Source: Lophium mytilinum
Lineage: Eukaryota
NCBI GenBank assembly: GCA_010093605.1
Contig: MU004193.1
Span: 937,520 to 1,001,519 of the forward strand
DNA length: 64,000 nucleotides
Reading direction: 5' to 3'
This document shows, piece after piece, positions 24,167 through 37,349 of this stretch. The translations under genes were made by a program, and so were the position numbers. Under the pieces are notes generated by a model. It did no database searches. It saw only the letters and a program-made list of their open reading frames with translations, and had not been told where the DNA came from. Within the stretch, counting starts at the first letter, position 1; each line of letters starts with the position of its first letter.

Positions 24167-25855
24167 ATGAAAACATTCGTAGCAATTGCGCTGCTTGAGG
24201 CATGCGTAGCAAGCGTTGGACTCAATCAGGTAAACATTCACTTCCTGAGGGCGATGTGCCTTGTCCTCTTTCTCCTTTTCTCGGCACATTTACTAAGACT
24301 CTCAACTTTATAGGGCCATGAAGGCTTCAGAGATGCCAGATCCTCTCGCAGCAACGTAGTCTCTGCCTCGAACCTTTCAATTTCCCACCAAGATTTCTCC
24401 GTTTTCCCTCCATTGCCCATTATCGACATTTCCGCCGGCTACCTTCTTGGTCAGAGCTCTGCCAATGCTACTAGCCCCTCTACTCTCGTCGATGGCCCAA
24501 TTCAGTGTGGCCCTGGCAACCCTTGTCTAGACGGATCTTGCTGCAACAGCGATGGGAAATGCGGCTTCAAGCCCGCTCACTGCCATCCGAATCCACCTGC
24601 GACTTGCATCTCCAATTGTGATGCCAAGGCAATGTGCGGTGTTGACTCCGAAGGAGGCAACAAAAAGTGTGGCCTGAAACTTTGCTGCTCGTACTATGGA
24701 TGGTGCGGCACTGAGGCTATTCACTGCGGGGACCATGACCAGGACGGGAATTCAACTCCATGCCAAAAGGATTTTGGTAGTTGTACCGTCAAGCCCTCTC
24801 CAAGTTGTGGATCTGGTAGCGGGACTGCTAGCGGTGGTAGGAAGGTCGCCTACTACCAGTCTTGGAATACCCGCACGCGCGCTTGCAATCGCATTTGGCC
24901 TGAGCAGATTAACACAACTGGGCTTACGCATCTATACTTTGCGTTCGCCTACATCGATCCGGCCACGTACTCGATTGTCCCAGCCGACCCTGCCGACGTT
25001 GAGCTGATCCCACGATTTACTGCGCTCAAAACCCAAACCATGCAGACCTGGGTTGCCGTTGGCGGATGGTCGTTCAGCGATCCTGGGCCGACTCAAGGAA
25101 CGTGGTCCGCTATGACCAGTTCCAAAGAACATCGAGCCTTGTTTATCACATCGGTCGTCTCTTTCATGGATCAGTGGGGTTTCCAAGGGCTGGATCTCGA
25201 TTGGGAGTACCCTGCCACAGAAGTCCGAGGAGGTCATGAAGGAGATACTGCGAATCTCGTGTCTCTCGTTCAAGAGTTACGAGCAGCATTCGGAAGTCGA
25301 TACGGCTTGAGTGTGATACTGGCCCCGGACTACTGGTATCTTCGAGGGATGGACCCTAAGGCCATGGAACCCTACGTAGACTGGTTCGGCTTTATGGGCT
25401 ATGATCTCCATGGCGCTTGGGACGCCGCAGCGAACACCATTGGCGCTACCGTCCGTCCTCAGAGCGACATTCGGGATATCGATAACGATCTTGTGCCGCT
25501 CTGGTTTGATGATCTAGATCCCCACAAAGTCAATTTCGGACTCGCATACTATGGTAGAGGGTACACCGTCAGCGACAAAAAGTGCATGTACATGGGATGC
25601 GCCTTCACTGGTCCTAGCAAAGCGGGCAGCTGTACACAGACAGAGGGGTTCCTGAGTGACCAGGAAATCCGAAATATCATTGAAAGTAAAGGTCTCTACC
25701 CGGAGATGATTCCCAATACCACAGTCAAACAGATCACCTGGGAAGATCAATGGATTGGTTACGACGATCAGGAGACCTTCGATATGAAGATGGCTTTTGC
25801 CAACAATCGTTGCCTCGGAGGCACTATGATTTGGGCCATTGACTTCAACTCTTGA
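24167..25855 (+). CDS. GH18 chitinase, subgroup C (killer-toxin alpha-like) with two hevein/CBM18 domains; now ends right after the catalytic domain
   Basis: Signal-peptide exon 24167-24229 and intron 24230-24313 join in frame. CGPGNPCLDGSCCNSDGKCG and CGLKLCCSYYGWCG modules; AVGGW; FQGLDLDWEYP (DxDxE intact); MGYDLHG; MIWAID. Confidence 0.88.
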
Positions 25856-27360
25856 GTTAGAAGTCGAGATGACCCATCTGATGGGGATGATCCTGGCGCG
25901 CGGAAAAACTCTACTGGGGACTACTGCGTGGACGACTCGGTGTATACTGATGCCAACCCCAGCATTTAGTATGTGTTTCCGTGCACTATCATATTGCCAC
26001 CATACTGTGGTAGTTGATGGCGGGATAGTCACGGGAGTGAGGATTACATTTGCTAAGGGGGAGAGAGAGTAGAAGAGGATAACCTGAATTATATTATGTT
26101 AAGAAGAGGCTATAGCTGTTATACTACCTAGGGTAGACTCATAAGAAGAAGAGATAATAGATAATAGAACGCTGCCCTCCGCAATTAAGAAGGGGCCTAA
26201 ACATGTATTACGTGCCGCTTGTATACCTGTACCGATCTACCTTACCATGATACCCTTTACCTTCGGTAACCACTATCTCCTGGCCAGCATTGACAACCAC
26301 CTTTTTGTCTCTCTCCGGCGGCCAAATGTCGACGATTACGACGGTGATTCCGTCCCTTGTCAACTGCATTCCGACATCCGTGACCGAGACGGTGCTGTCA
26401 GTGAATGGCGGAAGTGTCTTGACCGTTACCACCACGATCAGCGTTCCTCCTTTCACGACAAACGAGATCAATTTCTGGCCAGTCTCTGTCGGGTCAACAG
26501 ACTCGACCGAAGCAACAATCTATCCTCTTCAGACTGTCGCACTGCCTCCCTTAGTCTGGACCCTTCCTGCCTGTGAAACCACTTTTTAGCCAAGTCACTA
26601 CCCCGTATTCGAGGAGGCCACCACGTCCAAGCAACCGTTGCCAACAGTTTGGCCGACCGGATCACAAACACTAACGCTACACCTTATGCCGACGGTTTCA
26701 GTCAGCCTTCCGCCGAAAACTTGGCCAAGCGTTACTGGGACTCCAACGACCACCTCTAAGAGCTATCGTTTCCCCTCCACCGTCTCAGTCAAGCATGGAC
26801 CGCCAAAGCCTCACCAGACTTGCACTCAAAACTGCGGTTCCAAGCACTGCGAATTGTTCGGTTGCAGTGGTGGTGGAAAGAAATGCGGCCTCTTTGGCTG
26901 CGACAGCGGATGCGGAATCTTTGGATGCGGCGGAGGTTGTGGGTTCCTGAACTGTGGTGGCAAGTCTGGTCTTTGTCCGCTAAACAAATGTGGAGGTCCG
27001 GGCTGTATGGATGGCAAATGCTCCCCTGGCTGTCCCGGTGGTGTCTGCCCTCCAGTTCCTAGCGACCCTCCGGGTGGACCGCCAGACTCTCCCACATCCT
27101 GCGAAATGACGATGACAGCAACGAACATATTCGTCTCCTGCACTGAGGTCAATCCAACGTCGACGGAGTGCACCACGACGGCTACGAGTGTCACGACGGG
27201 TTGCCAAGCTCATGGCACAACGACTGCGACGACCGCATTCCCCTCATGCCCGCTTGTTACCGTAAGCCCGGATGACTATGAAGGTGATGATGTAGACTTT
27301 ACGCCGCCGGGTGGTTGGCCTTTTCAGTCTGGACCTAGAGTTGGCCCCCAGCCAACCTGA
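25856..27360 (+). pseudogene. Decayed C-terminal extension of the subgroup C chitinase (Thr/Pro-rich and Cys/Gly-rich)
   Basis: The same frame continues past TGA 25853 (DDPSDGD..VDDSVYTDANPSI*YVFPCTIILPPY). After removing the insertion it reads PLPSVTTISWP.., with a further TAG at 26587, then CGLFGCDSGCGIFGCGGGC repeats. Confidence 0.85.
26006..26249. mobile_element. 244-bp insertion with 4-bp TSD (ATAC); likely a solo LTR or other TE relic
   Basis: ATAC at 26002-26005 and 26250-26253. Starts TGTGGTAG, ends TTACCATG. AT/TpA-rich interior. Excising it with one TSD restores the reading frame. Confidence 0.8.
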
Positions 27361-28604
27361 TTGCGGGTGGAATTGCCAGGTAGTTAGAGAATAGATTGAA
27401 ATGAATATGAGTAGGAGCCTCATGGTGTTTTCAGCACAGCGAACAAGGAAACAATACAGCATTTTGAACAACTGGTAAACCCTTAAGGGTACTCTAAACA
27501 TCATCAACACGTTGTACATAGATTGAACGTGTATCTGCTTTCCCTGATTTCTAAGCGTGCGTCGGAGCCTCTCAGCTCATGGTCGAAACGCGTACGAATA
27601 TCTTCAGAAAGGTACTGTGCGGAATCTAAAGGAGTTGAGAAGGCTACGGAAGGAGAGTAGTCAAGACTATATGCGGTAGTCTCTTCGTGTAATCACGCTT
27701 ATTGAGAATGTTATGGTTGTATATATGTATACATTCACTGAGTCATGAAGAGGTTATAGCTCGTGGAGGCGGTAGCCCGCAGTCAGGTTAGGGGTTTTGG
27801 GGGTTTCCGCAGCAGGATGGGCGGGTGGGGGTTTCAAGTGGGATAGTGGCGTAAGCGGATCAGTTGGGTGAGGTGTCGATGGGGGATCTGGGCAGGTTTC
27901 GGGGGAATTAGATGGGATCGTTAGGGGCGGGTTACGCGAAGACTTGAGCAGAATGAAAGATAATGCTTGAGCAAGGTTTCTAAGAATGGGAGAGAGGAAA
28001 CAGGGTGATATTTGAGAGTGGGTGCTGTTGTGTGGTAAAGTGGTGGAGGGGACAACAGGAGAGGGGAAACTGGTGGAGTGGAATCTAGTGGAGTGGAAAG
28101 AATGGCGAGGGGAAAGGTAGAAGGTACTTTGAGACGGTTCAGCGCCCGATAATTTTTGGAGTGGCAGAAATATCCGTACCTTTTCGTGTCACTGTTTCTG
28201 GGCCGCCAACTCACTGGAAACCGGAGCTAGCGAATGCAATTCCAATCTGTGTACAACCTGCCGACACTGCCTAGGGTGCCCTCGCTAGCGTTCTGTTTGT
28301 CCAAAATGCTGGATTACCCCTCTGTTTGAAATGCTGAAAATACTTTGAGGCTCCTCACGCAGCGGCAAACAAGTGCACAGATGACGAGGAATTGTAGGGT
28401 GGCATAGACGACTATGTCAAGCGGCATTGATCTGTATACCGGAAAGCACCACTGAGATTTTCACAAGGGCTCAAGGAAAAAAGGCCGAGTTTGTCATCAT
28501 CGCCGCAGCAAGCAAGAAACCCACCCCATTGTGCCACCCCCCCTCTCCGGAAAAGCTGTGTTTCAACACCATCACCTCGTCGAGCACCACGAGTGACGAA
28601 CAAC

Positions 28605-29724
28605 CTAGAAGATGAGCAGGCGGCCAAGGTTACGAGGTCGTGTGTATTCAGGTATCGGTCCACTGTATATCTGGTGATGAGTGAGTCCATGCTCGATATA
28701 TTCGAAGAACATCGACAATCGTATGCTCTCGAAGATGTTCCGCATCTCGCGGTCGAATTTCCTATTATGCCTGTGTGGGGGCGGTACGATTGCGGTCACC
28801 CTATCGAACAAGAAGTCGAGCAAGCTCTGTTGGCCGTCCCATTCGGCTTCCTGAAGAAACGCTCGTTCGGCATCGTAGGCGAGTCGGATGACGCGGTCCG
28901 TAGCTTGTTCTTCGGCGGTGATTCGAACACGGATGGGATGAAGGCTGAAGAGGGCACGTGTGTGGAGCTTGATGAGCAGCTGGAGGTTCAGGCGCTTGAG
29001 GAAATGCACCCATTCCATGGGCTCCTGGGGGAAACGCTTGAGTAAGCGTCTATCGAAGGGCTTAGGAAGATAGAAGCCGTCGCCTTCCATCCGATAGGTA
29101 TTGTTGTAGATGGGAGGGAGGAGGCGGGTGACGGAGCGTCCGACAAGGTTGTGGAGCTTGTCACTTAATCGATGGGGTTAATCATGTGTGGTCTGAGGAT
29201 ATGGGAATTAAAACCTCCGCTCACCGTAGCTTCTTTGACGTCTTGGCTGACGCGTTAGTAACTCTGGGAGCGATTCTGGCGCGCAATTTGCGGGTCTCCT
29301 CCCACCAATCGAGGCAAAGGAAGATCGTATCCATCTTTGAAAGGCACTCCCGGCAGTGACAGATGTGCATTCTCTGCGCCACTACCATGTCGAAGAACCA
29401 CATTGGATTCATCGGACTCGCTCGAACCAGCACCTCATCGCCCAACTGATCCACTGGGTCTACAGGTCCATATGGCATGATTTTGGCCTTGAGAAAGGGG
29501 TATCGTAGGTCTATGATTCCGCGCGCAATCTGGGGTTCGTTGACTTTGACCAACTCATTCAAGAACTTGCAGCTGGCCCGCAGTTCAGAGATATCATCGG
29601 GCGGCACGTAGGAGATGATGTCGCAAAGGATCTCGTTGGGCAGCCGTTCGAGAGTGCCGAGTCTGCTGCGCCGGGGTATGTCCTTTGGAGGCGGCGTAGG
29701 AGGTGAGGGGGAGTGAGGCGCCAT
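28605..29724 (-). CDS. F-box domain protein, 2 exons (intron about 29224-29164)
   Basis: LERLPNEILCDIISYVPPDDISELRASCKFL is a canonical F-box. Splicing joins the ORF in frame to 28605-29090. Confidence 0.8.
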
Positions 29725-30153
29725 GGTGTCGACCTGTGATAGTGAGCGGTAGGTGAGGGGCAGCAATCCGGGCGCGCGAGCTTCTGAGGTGGACGAAAAA
29801 AGGCTGCCAAGAAATTGAGAGTCACGTGAACGTCGAATGTGGAAAGTGTGAGCGCCGGGGATTCACCTTACGCGAAACCACATGACGCTGTAATTTACCT
29901 TATCTATCTTATTCACCGCGGACATATGCCGTAACTTGTATGTGCCCACGATTGCTTGAGGCTCTGGCATCAACTTACGAGATTCGAAATAAGGTTGAAC
30001 TTTATTCATGTGCAACGCTACCTCATAAGAACTAACTCCCAACTGGTGTTGAAGACCTCTGCTCCATATATAAGCATACATCTCAGTCTTGAGACGATTC
30101 CTAATAAGACGAGGGACAAAGGACGAACCTGATTCTGGCACAGTAGCACTGAC

Positions 30154-31135
30154 CTATTCAAAATCTGTGCTAGTGATGACTTCCTCCCACTCTTTGCAGA
30201 TGGCCAAGGTATCCTCACACTTCTTACGTATTGCGCCGAGCGCGTCGGCCCCGACCGGCATCCTTTCTGGCATTGCTTTGCCCGCCGCAACTCCCTCTCC
30301 TTTCACAACATCGATCATCACCTTGATCCCTTTCTTCGGATCGCCAGTCTGGCTACCTTGAATCCCTTGTAAAAATTGGGTGGTCTCTGCTCTCAGCGCG
30401 TCGTAGTCACCAATATCGCTCGGCTGATACTTGGTGTTATCCGGATGAAATACTTGGGTCCGAAAGAAACCTGGTTCGAAGATGATGGACTTGATGCCAA
30501 GATGGGCAACGCTTGCGCTTAGACACTCGTGAAACCCTTCAGGTTGATCTTACATCAGCAATCTGCTATGAAAGAAGGATTGGAACAACGCTATCTGGGA
30601 CCTACCTTCGAGAGCGAATTTGGAGCTAACATATGGGACACCGCTGGGCACACCGTACCAACCCCCCATAGAACCAATGAAGACTACCGTGCCAGACCTT
30701 TTCTGGCGAAAATGCGGGAGAAGAGCTTGTGTAGCTTTGATCGAACCAAACACGTTGGTTTCGTATTGCGCGAGAATCGTCTCACAGCTTGAGATCTCCT
30801 ACTCAGCATATGGCTTGCAGCGTTAGACCGAGAAAGTCAAGCACATACCTGACTTCTTCAAAGATTCCATTTTCCACGTAGCCTGCGTTGTTGACTAAGA
30901 CATCAATGCCTCCATTCTCTTGGATGATCAACGACATGACGGCATCCACCTCGGTTTTAGGAGCCGTGATATCAAGACTGTATGTACTGGCACCGACGTC
31001 TTTCAACTTCTGGATCCTAGAAACGGGGCCCCTGGACGTCGCAATGGCCTTGTCTCGTCGTGAGAGAATGTCGAGAATGAATTTCTCGCCAAACCCGGAC
31101 GAGCAGCCGGTAACAAGCCACGTCAACTGAGTCAT
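30154..31135 (-). CDS. Short-chain dehydrogenase/reductase (classical SDR), 3 exons
   Basis: WLVTGCSSGFG, IDVLVNNAG, YVSSKFALEG (YxxxK), FEPGFFRT, GDPKKG. Stop TAG at 30154. Confidence 0.92.
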
Positions 31136-31501
31136 TGTATTTAGGTAGACCTCACTAGGAAGTGAAGAAAAAGGTTCAGAGAAGGATGAAGTTGATGGCA
31201 GAAGAAAATAAGTTGGTTTTGGGTGTGGATGTCGTTGAGTTTGAGCCAGGGGGTAGAGAGCCCATTTCAACTCTTACAGAAACGGGATTCGGGACTGCGG
31301 GAATCCGACCCTATACAATTCGTCGAATGCTGCACGGATGGGACCGGTAAGCTGCTATTAGGTCTACTACATGATTACTAAGAGCGATTTCATTAGTTTG
31401 GGGCTCATTGGAGTGGAGCGATCGGACGCCTGATTCAAGCTTCTGGGGCTGGTTCTTGTACTGGAAACATTTTAGTTTACTAGTCTAAAGCACGAAGAGC
31501 A

Positions 31502-31691
31502 CCGTCCCTTCTGAGATTATTGAGACGGGCTCTTACACGCTAGCTGATCACTTAGACCTCTTAAGTAACATGGGCTGTCAAGCGCCTACAAGCCCACATT
31601 TTAGCTTGACCGCGGTGAGCTGATACGCTGGATCGTTTATGCTTAAGACAGCAGGCCAAGAGCCCGGTCTCAATAATCTCAGGAGATGCGG
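31502..31691. mobile_element. MITE (190 bp), probably Tc1/mariner-pogo type
   Basis: ~33-bp TIRs, CCGTCCCTTCTGAGATTATTGAGAC-GGGCTCTT vs revcomp CCGCATCTCCTGAGATTATTGAGACCGGGCTCTT. TA on the right flank, CA on the left. Confidence 0.8.
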
Positions 31692-33065
31692 TATAATGGT
31701 AAGCCGAAGAGCAAGTTATGGTTAATCAACGTTCAGCTTGACGTCAAGGCATTGTAAGCGCTACACAGATAAAGTTAAGCTTCGGTCCTATTTGGCTCAG
31801 ATTGGACTCAAGAATGCAAGAAAACCAGACTAGATGAACAGCTTTTGATGTGTTTGCCAATCGAATCGTGGAAATGCTTGAGCGTCGGGAGGTTGAGCTG
31901 ACTGTACAAGGGTATGGTTCCTCGAACGTATTCCTCCGTCTTATTTTCGCACTTGTGACTTACGTAGGAGACGCGAGACCTGAAAGAGCCAATTATGTCT
32001 GTTCATGTTTTGTATAATCTGCATTATGCCTCTTGAGACGGAGGTTGGTGGTGTCTGATGGAGAATGAAACTGAGAAAGAAGAGATCCGTTTCAGGGTTT
32101 TCATCTGAAGTTGAATGGGCGAGCACTAGTCCAAATTTGAGCACGAGGCCCCACGTGGCTATCATGTGACCATCGAAGGTGTCCTCCATACCACCAATTT
32201 TAAGACCCAGCAAAATGAGATCAGGGCTTGACTAAGACTCTTGGCTTTCTACTCTTGACGCCGCAGCTGTAAGACATACCCTGCTAAGCGAATTCCTCAG
32301 CTCAGCTAATATAGTTCTCAGAATAGAAACCGCTTCTAGGCACGCTGGCTTGAAATGTGAATCACGCAATCTGCCTCACGTATACGCTTGTCTTCCACAG
32401 CTTGAAGTGCTTGTGCAAGGTGAAGACCTTCTTTCTCATTTGGATTACCGAGAATTGCACTGGAGAGACCCGAGCAGTGGAATACACGTGCACAGCCACG
32501 GCAGACTATATATTCCCCGCGGGCCAGGTTTGGCAGTTTAAATGCGCGCCTAGCACCCAGCTGTACGGCATGGTGCAGCAGCTGAAACAGGTTTATGTGG
32601 GGCGTGGGTGGCATTGAGACTTGGCTTCCTACTTAGGTATGGAGGACGGATTGGACAGCTGGAGCTCTAAGTCCTACTAGGCTACGCTGGAGACGCAACA
32701 TGATGTTCATATCCTTGGGTGTAACACGTAAGATAACCAAAGAACTCGTGAGCAGGGGCGCAGTCCATGCAATTTAGTAGTAGAAACTACAATGATCTAA
32801 ACGAGAGAGTGACCTCTGCAGTCTAGCTGTCTAGGTAGTCTATGGATCTAGACACAAAGGGACAGAATTGAAATACCCCGGGAAACAGAAGAGAGCCTAC
32901 AGCGCGCACTTGTGACATGATACCGTACCGTAGGAAGCGAGACCTCATCCAATGGAACCCAAGCCTCTCAGTGCGAGGCGTTATTCCCAGCCGATCTTCA
33001 TGCTATCCAAGGTTTCCCTGTATAGCGACAGCGGCTGAGGGCTCTCGACCCACAATTCTAGCTGC

Positions 33066-34652
33066 CTAGGAATCGAAGATCGCGCCATACGCCGCCACTC
33101 CCCTGCTCTCCATACCATAGACCACCTTCTTGGTAACCTTCGGATTGCTGATGATGAATACAGCTTCCGCATTGCACTCGAGAATCAGCTTCCAGACCTC
33201 CAACACCATATCCGGATAGTTCCGTCCACTAGTATTCCAGATCACAGCGTTCGGGTCCGCATTCAGCACCGTGTCAACCACTCCCTGGCCGTAAGTCTGA
33301 ACCGGGTCCCGCGTGCTCCAGAAGATGCGGCGCGGCGTCTTGTTGCTGTGCATGAGGCTTAGGCACGGGCCAATTCCAGAACCGGTCGCCACGAGTACGA
33401 TCTGTCGGAAGAGGCGGGTGGTGTACAGAAGACCGTGGAGAGGGTAACCACGCGTCCACAGCTTTTTGGGAGGGTTCTGGATGGTCTTGCGTGTCCAGTC
33501 CCCGGCGTTGGACACGACAACGCTGAAGCCCTTGCCGTCGGCTGCTGGGATCGTGGCGAAAGCGTGCCATTCCAACATTGGGCGATCGCTGATTTTGAGC
33601 CCGTAGAAAGGAGGCATGTTGCGATAGTCGAAGTGGAGGCGTGTGGCATGGGGCGAGAGGACCTCGGCACGTACGGCGCGCTGGCGGAGCCGTGACCAGG
33701 AAAGAAAGGTGCAGCAAGTAGACAGGCCGATAAACCAGAAGGACGGAGCCGTGAAGATGGCATGAGCGAGAGATACCTGGGTTGTGTTGTACGTGTGAAC
33801 GGCGATGATGAAGGTTTGCGCCCAAAGGGTCATGAGAGCCGACCAGCCAGCGAAGCGGTGCACAGCTTCGAAATGGTCATGGAACTTGATACGGATTCGC
33901 GGGTACGCGCCCGCGAGGATGAAGATGAACATCGTGACGCAGAAGTAGCATGTTACAACGTTTGCAACTGGCAGGCCATGACTGGGATTCTGGGCGAAGT
34001 GAATAGTTGCAAGAATGGTGTAAAGGACGAACCAGAACACGGCAGCAACTCCGCATCCAGAATGTACTCCACCGTAGTGGTATACCTTGGCCAGCTTCTT
34101 GCGGATGACAAGAGGCACCGAGTGTGGAACACAAGTGAAGAGCTCGTACACAAGATTGACTGCGTTCTCTTGCCTCATCAAGATCGAGGCTAGAATGTTG
34201 GCGGAACATGCATTTTTGGCATTGGCCATGGTAGGAGAGCCGTCGTTCTTGACCATGAAAATAACAAGAGCGATCATGTTAAGAGTGAATATAGCTGCGA
34301 ACATCTTCCGATAAACCGTGAAAAACGTGTCTGTGAACTCAAGTCAGCATAACACATTGACAACGCACTACACCCCTGCAACTAGACCCATATGGAGATG
34401 AGAATGAGCAAGACTAAACTTACGTGAAAGCCATCTGGTATGAGTAGTTCCATGTTTGGGTGGCAATGCAGACGCTAAACTCTCCACATTCTTCAAGCTG
34501 TCGGATGATGTTGAACTTGACGCGCCCACTTTACAGAGCTCCAGTGATACAACGGAAGGGGATTCCTGCGTTTCCATGGAGTGGACGCTGTCTCGACGCG
34601 CGACTTGTCCCGCCTCGAGGTTGGTGGTGGTATCGTGGGGGAATGCAGCCAT
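33066..34652 (-). CDS. tmpA: TmpA-like integral membrane flavoprotein (ferric-reductase-like TM + FAD/NAD(P)-binding), 2 exons
   Basis: YHYGGVHSGCG, HDHFEAVHRFAGW, EWHAFATIP, SNAGDWT, LVATGSGIGPCLS, VFIISN and AYGAIFDS. Intron at about 34422-34331. No adenylation domain, so TmpA-like rather than TmpL. Confidence 0.85.
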
Positions 34653-36953
34653 CTTATTACGATATGACCACGAGGTAGTAAAACGAAATTTAAGGCCCGG
34701 TCTGTGAGAGCCAAGAAACTCCAAGACAAAACGTGCCCTGGGCCGCAGGGCTCAGTGAATGATGTAGAGATATGCAGGGGTCGTTGTGGTCCTGCTAATG
34801 ATAGAAAAGATTCACTACAATAGCAAAAGCCGTCCACGGAATGACTCGGGAGAAGCTTGGTAGTGTAAATGCGTAAGCTTCAAGAGGCTGGTGATTGATG
34901 AGAGGTGCAGCCATTGTCCAAGGACGATATCTATCTACTTATACTTTGAGTCGGACCGAGCTTACTCCAGGACTCCCCGGCTCCAGTGATGCCATACGTG
35001 GAATGTAAGGATCAGCAACCCCGAGCTGGTAAGCTCGAGATAGCCGTTGATGCGATGCTGACGGTGTGAGGTGGTGTGCAACACGGGGATAGACAGAGGC
35101 ATTGCGACGGCTGCATGCAGTCTTTGCTCCGGGACCCACCAGGGGAGGACTTTAGACGATGAAAGAAAAGGCAGACCGGGAATAAAACAGGTTGGATAGA
35201 CTTAAATGTCTCGGCGAGTCTCTGAGGTAAATTGAAAGACTGGAGATCTATTCTTGTGGAGTTGCTGATTGTGGATACTTGGAGGTATATCTGATAAGCT
35301 GATCAAGGCTATCACAGACGCCTGTCTACAAGCGGTGGTTCTGTTGAAGCCTCAAGCCTACACATAGGTTAAGATATCGCTAAACCATCGCGTGCGGTGC
35401 ATGGTCTAGGTGGACTATGATGAAAGAGGCGTGCCGCGGAGGCCTACATGGGCCTGGAAGGCATTGAAGTCCGAGGGTTCATGCCGACAGTGTTGGCGAA
35501 ACGGAGTTTATTCAGACATTGATCTCTCATAAGGCAGACCCTGCATGATCAGTGCAGTTGCGGTCTCGAGTTGCCTTACTCGTGCCGACATAGGCAGCTA
35601 GTCACCTTTGCGGCAGGTGAGCGGGTGCTCCCGCAGCCAGTCGTTGACCTGCTACAAACGTCCTATCCGGGCTACCGTGGGACCACGCCCAGCAGGGTGG
35701 GCATGCAGCTCGCCTGCACCTTCGCTTGGCTCTTTCAATGGTTGGCTAGTTGCTAATACCGTTTGCAGATCCTGCCGTGCTTCGGAAGGAGCCGAAGTCC
35801 AAAACAATTCGCATCGAAACTCGCATTTGGACTAGATTGTCATTTTAATGGTATAGTGAAGCTCTCGTGTTCGCCTTGGAATAAGTTCTGATGGCGTACT
35901 CATCAAGTCCGTTAGCCCCCAAACTTCTCTGCATCTAGAAGAAGGTTGGATAGCTTACTTGCCAAGCAGTCGAAGATTATGGCACTCAACGCCAGCTCCT
36001 TCCAATACTGGTCTGATTATTTGCCAGCCGGCTGCGTTATCATACCGAGTCTATGGTCTCCCTGGTAGAGGTCTCCTTTGTAGCTGAATTTGCCAATGGC
36101 AGCGCTGAGTATCTCGGTACTTCATTGTTTTCGGCTTTTGGGCATGCAGCATCCCCACGCACATGCCGTGACGTGACGATTGCATGCAACCCAGAAGCAG
36201 CTCGGCGACCATCCGAGATACACGCATGGGATAAGTTGGATCGGCATGTGGAACTAGGGGCGGGGCTGCTGCCATGTTGTTAGAACGTTGCTCAACTGTG
36301 GGCCCTCTTTATTTAATCTGACGTATTGTCTTATCAATTGCGGCGATTGAATGGTGATGAGGCTTTTCGGCGACTTGCAATATCGTTGATCCTTGCTGTC
36401 ATGACGCGTGAAACATCCTCGTCTCTGGTCACGGTAGTCCACTCCATTCTCTGCTGGTCTAAAAGTCCTTCCTGTCGATCAGATATATTGACTTGACGAA
36501 ATGAAGGTGGGGGTTCGGATGGCAAATTGTATTTCCTGCATTGAGTTCTTGACCTAGAATTTCCTGGGATGACGACGACCCTTATAGTCCTAAAGCCTGC
36601 GAGCTCAGAGGTAGCTGCGTTATGATCATCAGAAACAAGGTCTTCTGTTTCTCGCACACAAAAGTACGAAGGTGTCAGGAACCACTGCGAAGAAGCTGGT
36701 GGAATGGTTGAATATGAAAGAATTGTAATTTCTTTTATAGGAGATGACCGTACGTGAAGCACAAGAACACCGTTGAAGGAGGTCTGGAGACTGGGATACA
36801 AGGATTTTGAACTGCCGAAAACTTACTCCTAGGCTCGCAATATAGTATTCAACTGTATGCCGTCTTTCGGCAATTGAGTGAAATGCAGATATGCTGGACA
36901 TTGATGATCATCACGAACAGCATCTCTAAGTGGGGTCGCTTCAATTTTGTCCA

Positions 36954-37349
36954 TTAATCGATGGGCTCCTCATCCCACCTTTCTACGCCCTCAGGAATCT
37001 TGACCACAGCCCGGGAGCACCAGATATGCTTGGCCTTGCTCCAATCGAGTGCGTCGACACACCCACCCTTGATGCTAACAGTTCTGCTGTTGCCTCGGCC
37101 AATGTGAAGTATCCGTGTCCCGCATTTGGTGCAGAAGTAGCAATCAAGCGTTCCGCCACTATCGGTTTGACGCGTGTAGATTCCAAGGGGTAGGTCGGGA
37201 GGCAGGGTGAAGGCCGGGAAGATCGCGGAGGTGCCGAATGCTGAGGCAGATTGCTTGCGACACTCGGTGCAATGACAGTGGAATATATCGAGAGGTGCTG
37301 GGGTCGGAGTTTTGAATCGGATGGCGCCGCATTGGCAAACAACGTCCAT
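36954..37349 (-). CDS. GFA/CENP-V family (glutathione-dependent formaldehyde-activating) zinc protein
   Basis: CQCGAIRF, CHCTECRKQS, FCTKCGT and HIW motifs. Confidence 0.92.
   Translation of the reverse strand: MDVVCQCGAIRFKTPTPAPLDIFHCHCTECRKQSASAFGTSAIFPAFTLPPDLPLGIYTRQTDSGGTLDCYFCTKCGTRILHIGRGNSRTVSIKGGCVDALDWSKAKHIWCSRAVVKIPEGVERWDEEPID

Noticed and set aside
32215..32617. Possible small spliced Cys-containing secreted protein
   Set aside because: No clean start, signal peptide and splice model could be built. It may be a relic but is unsupported.
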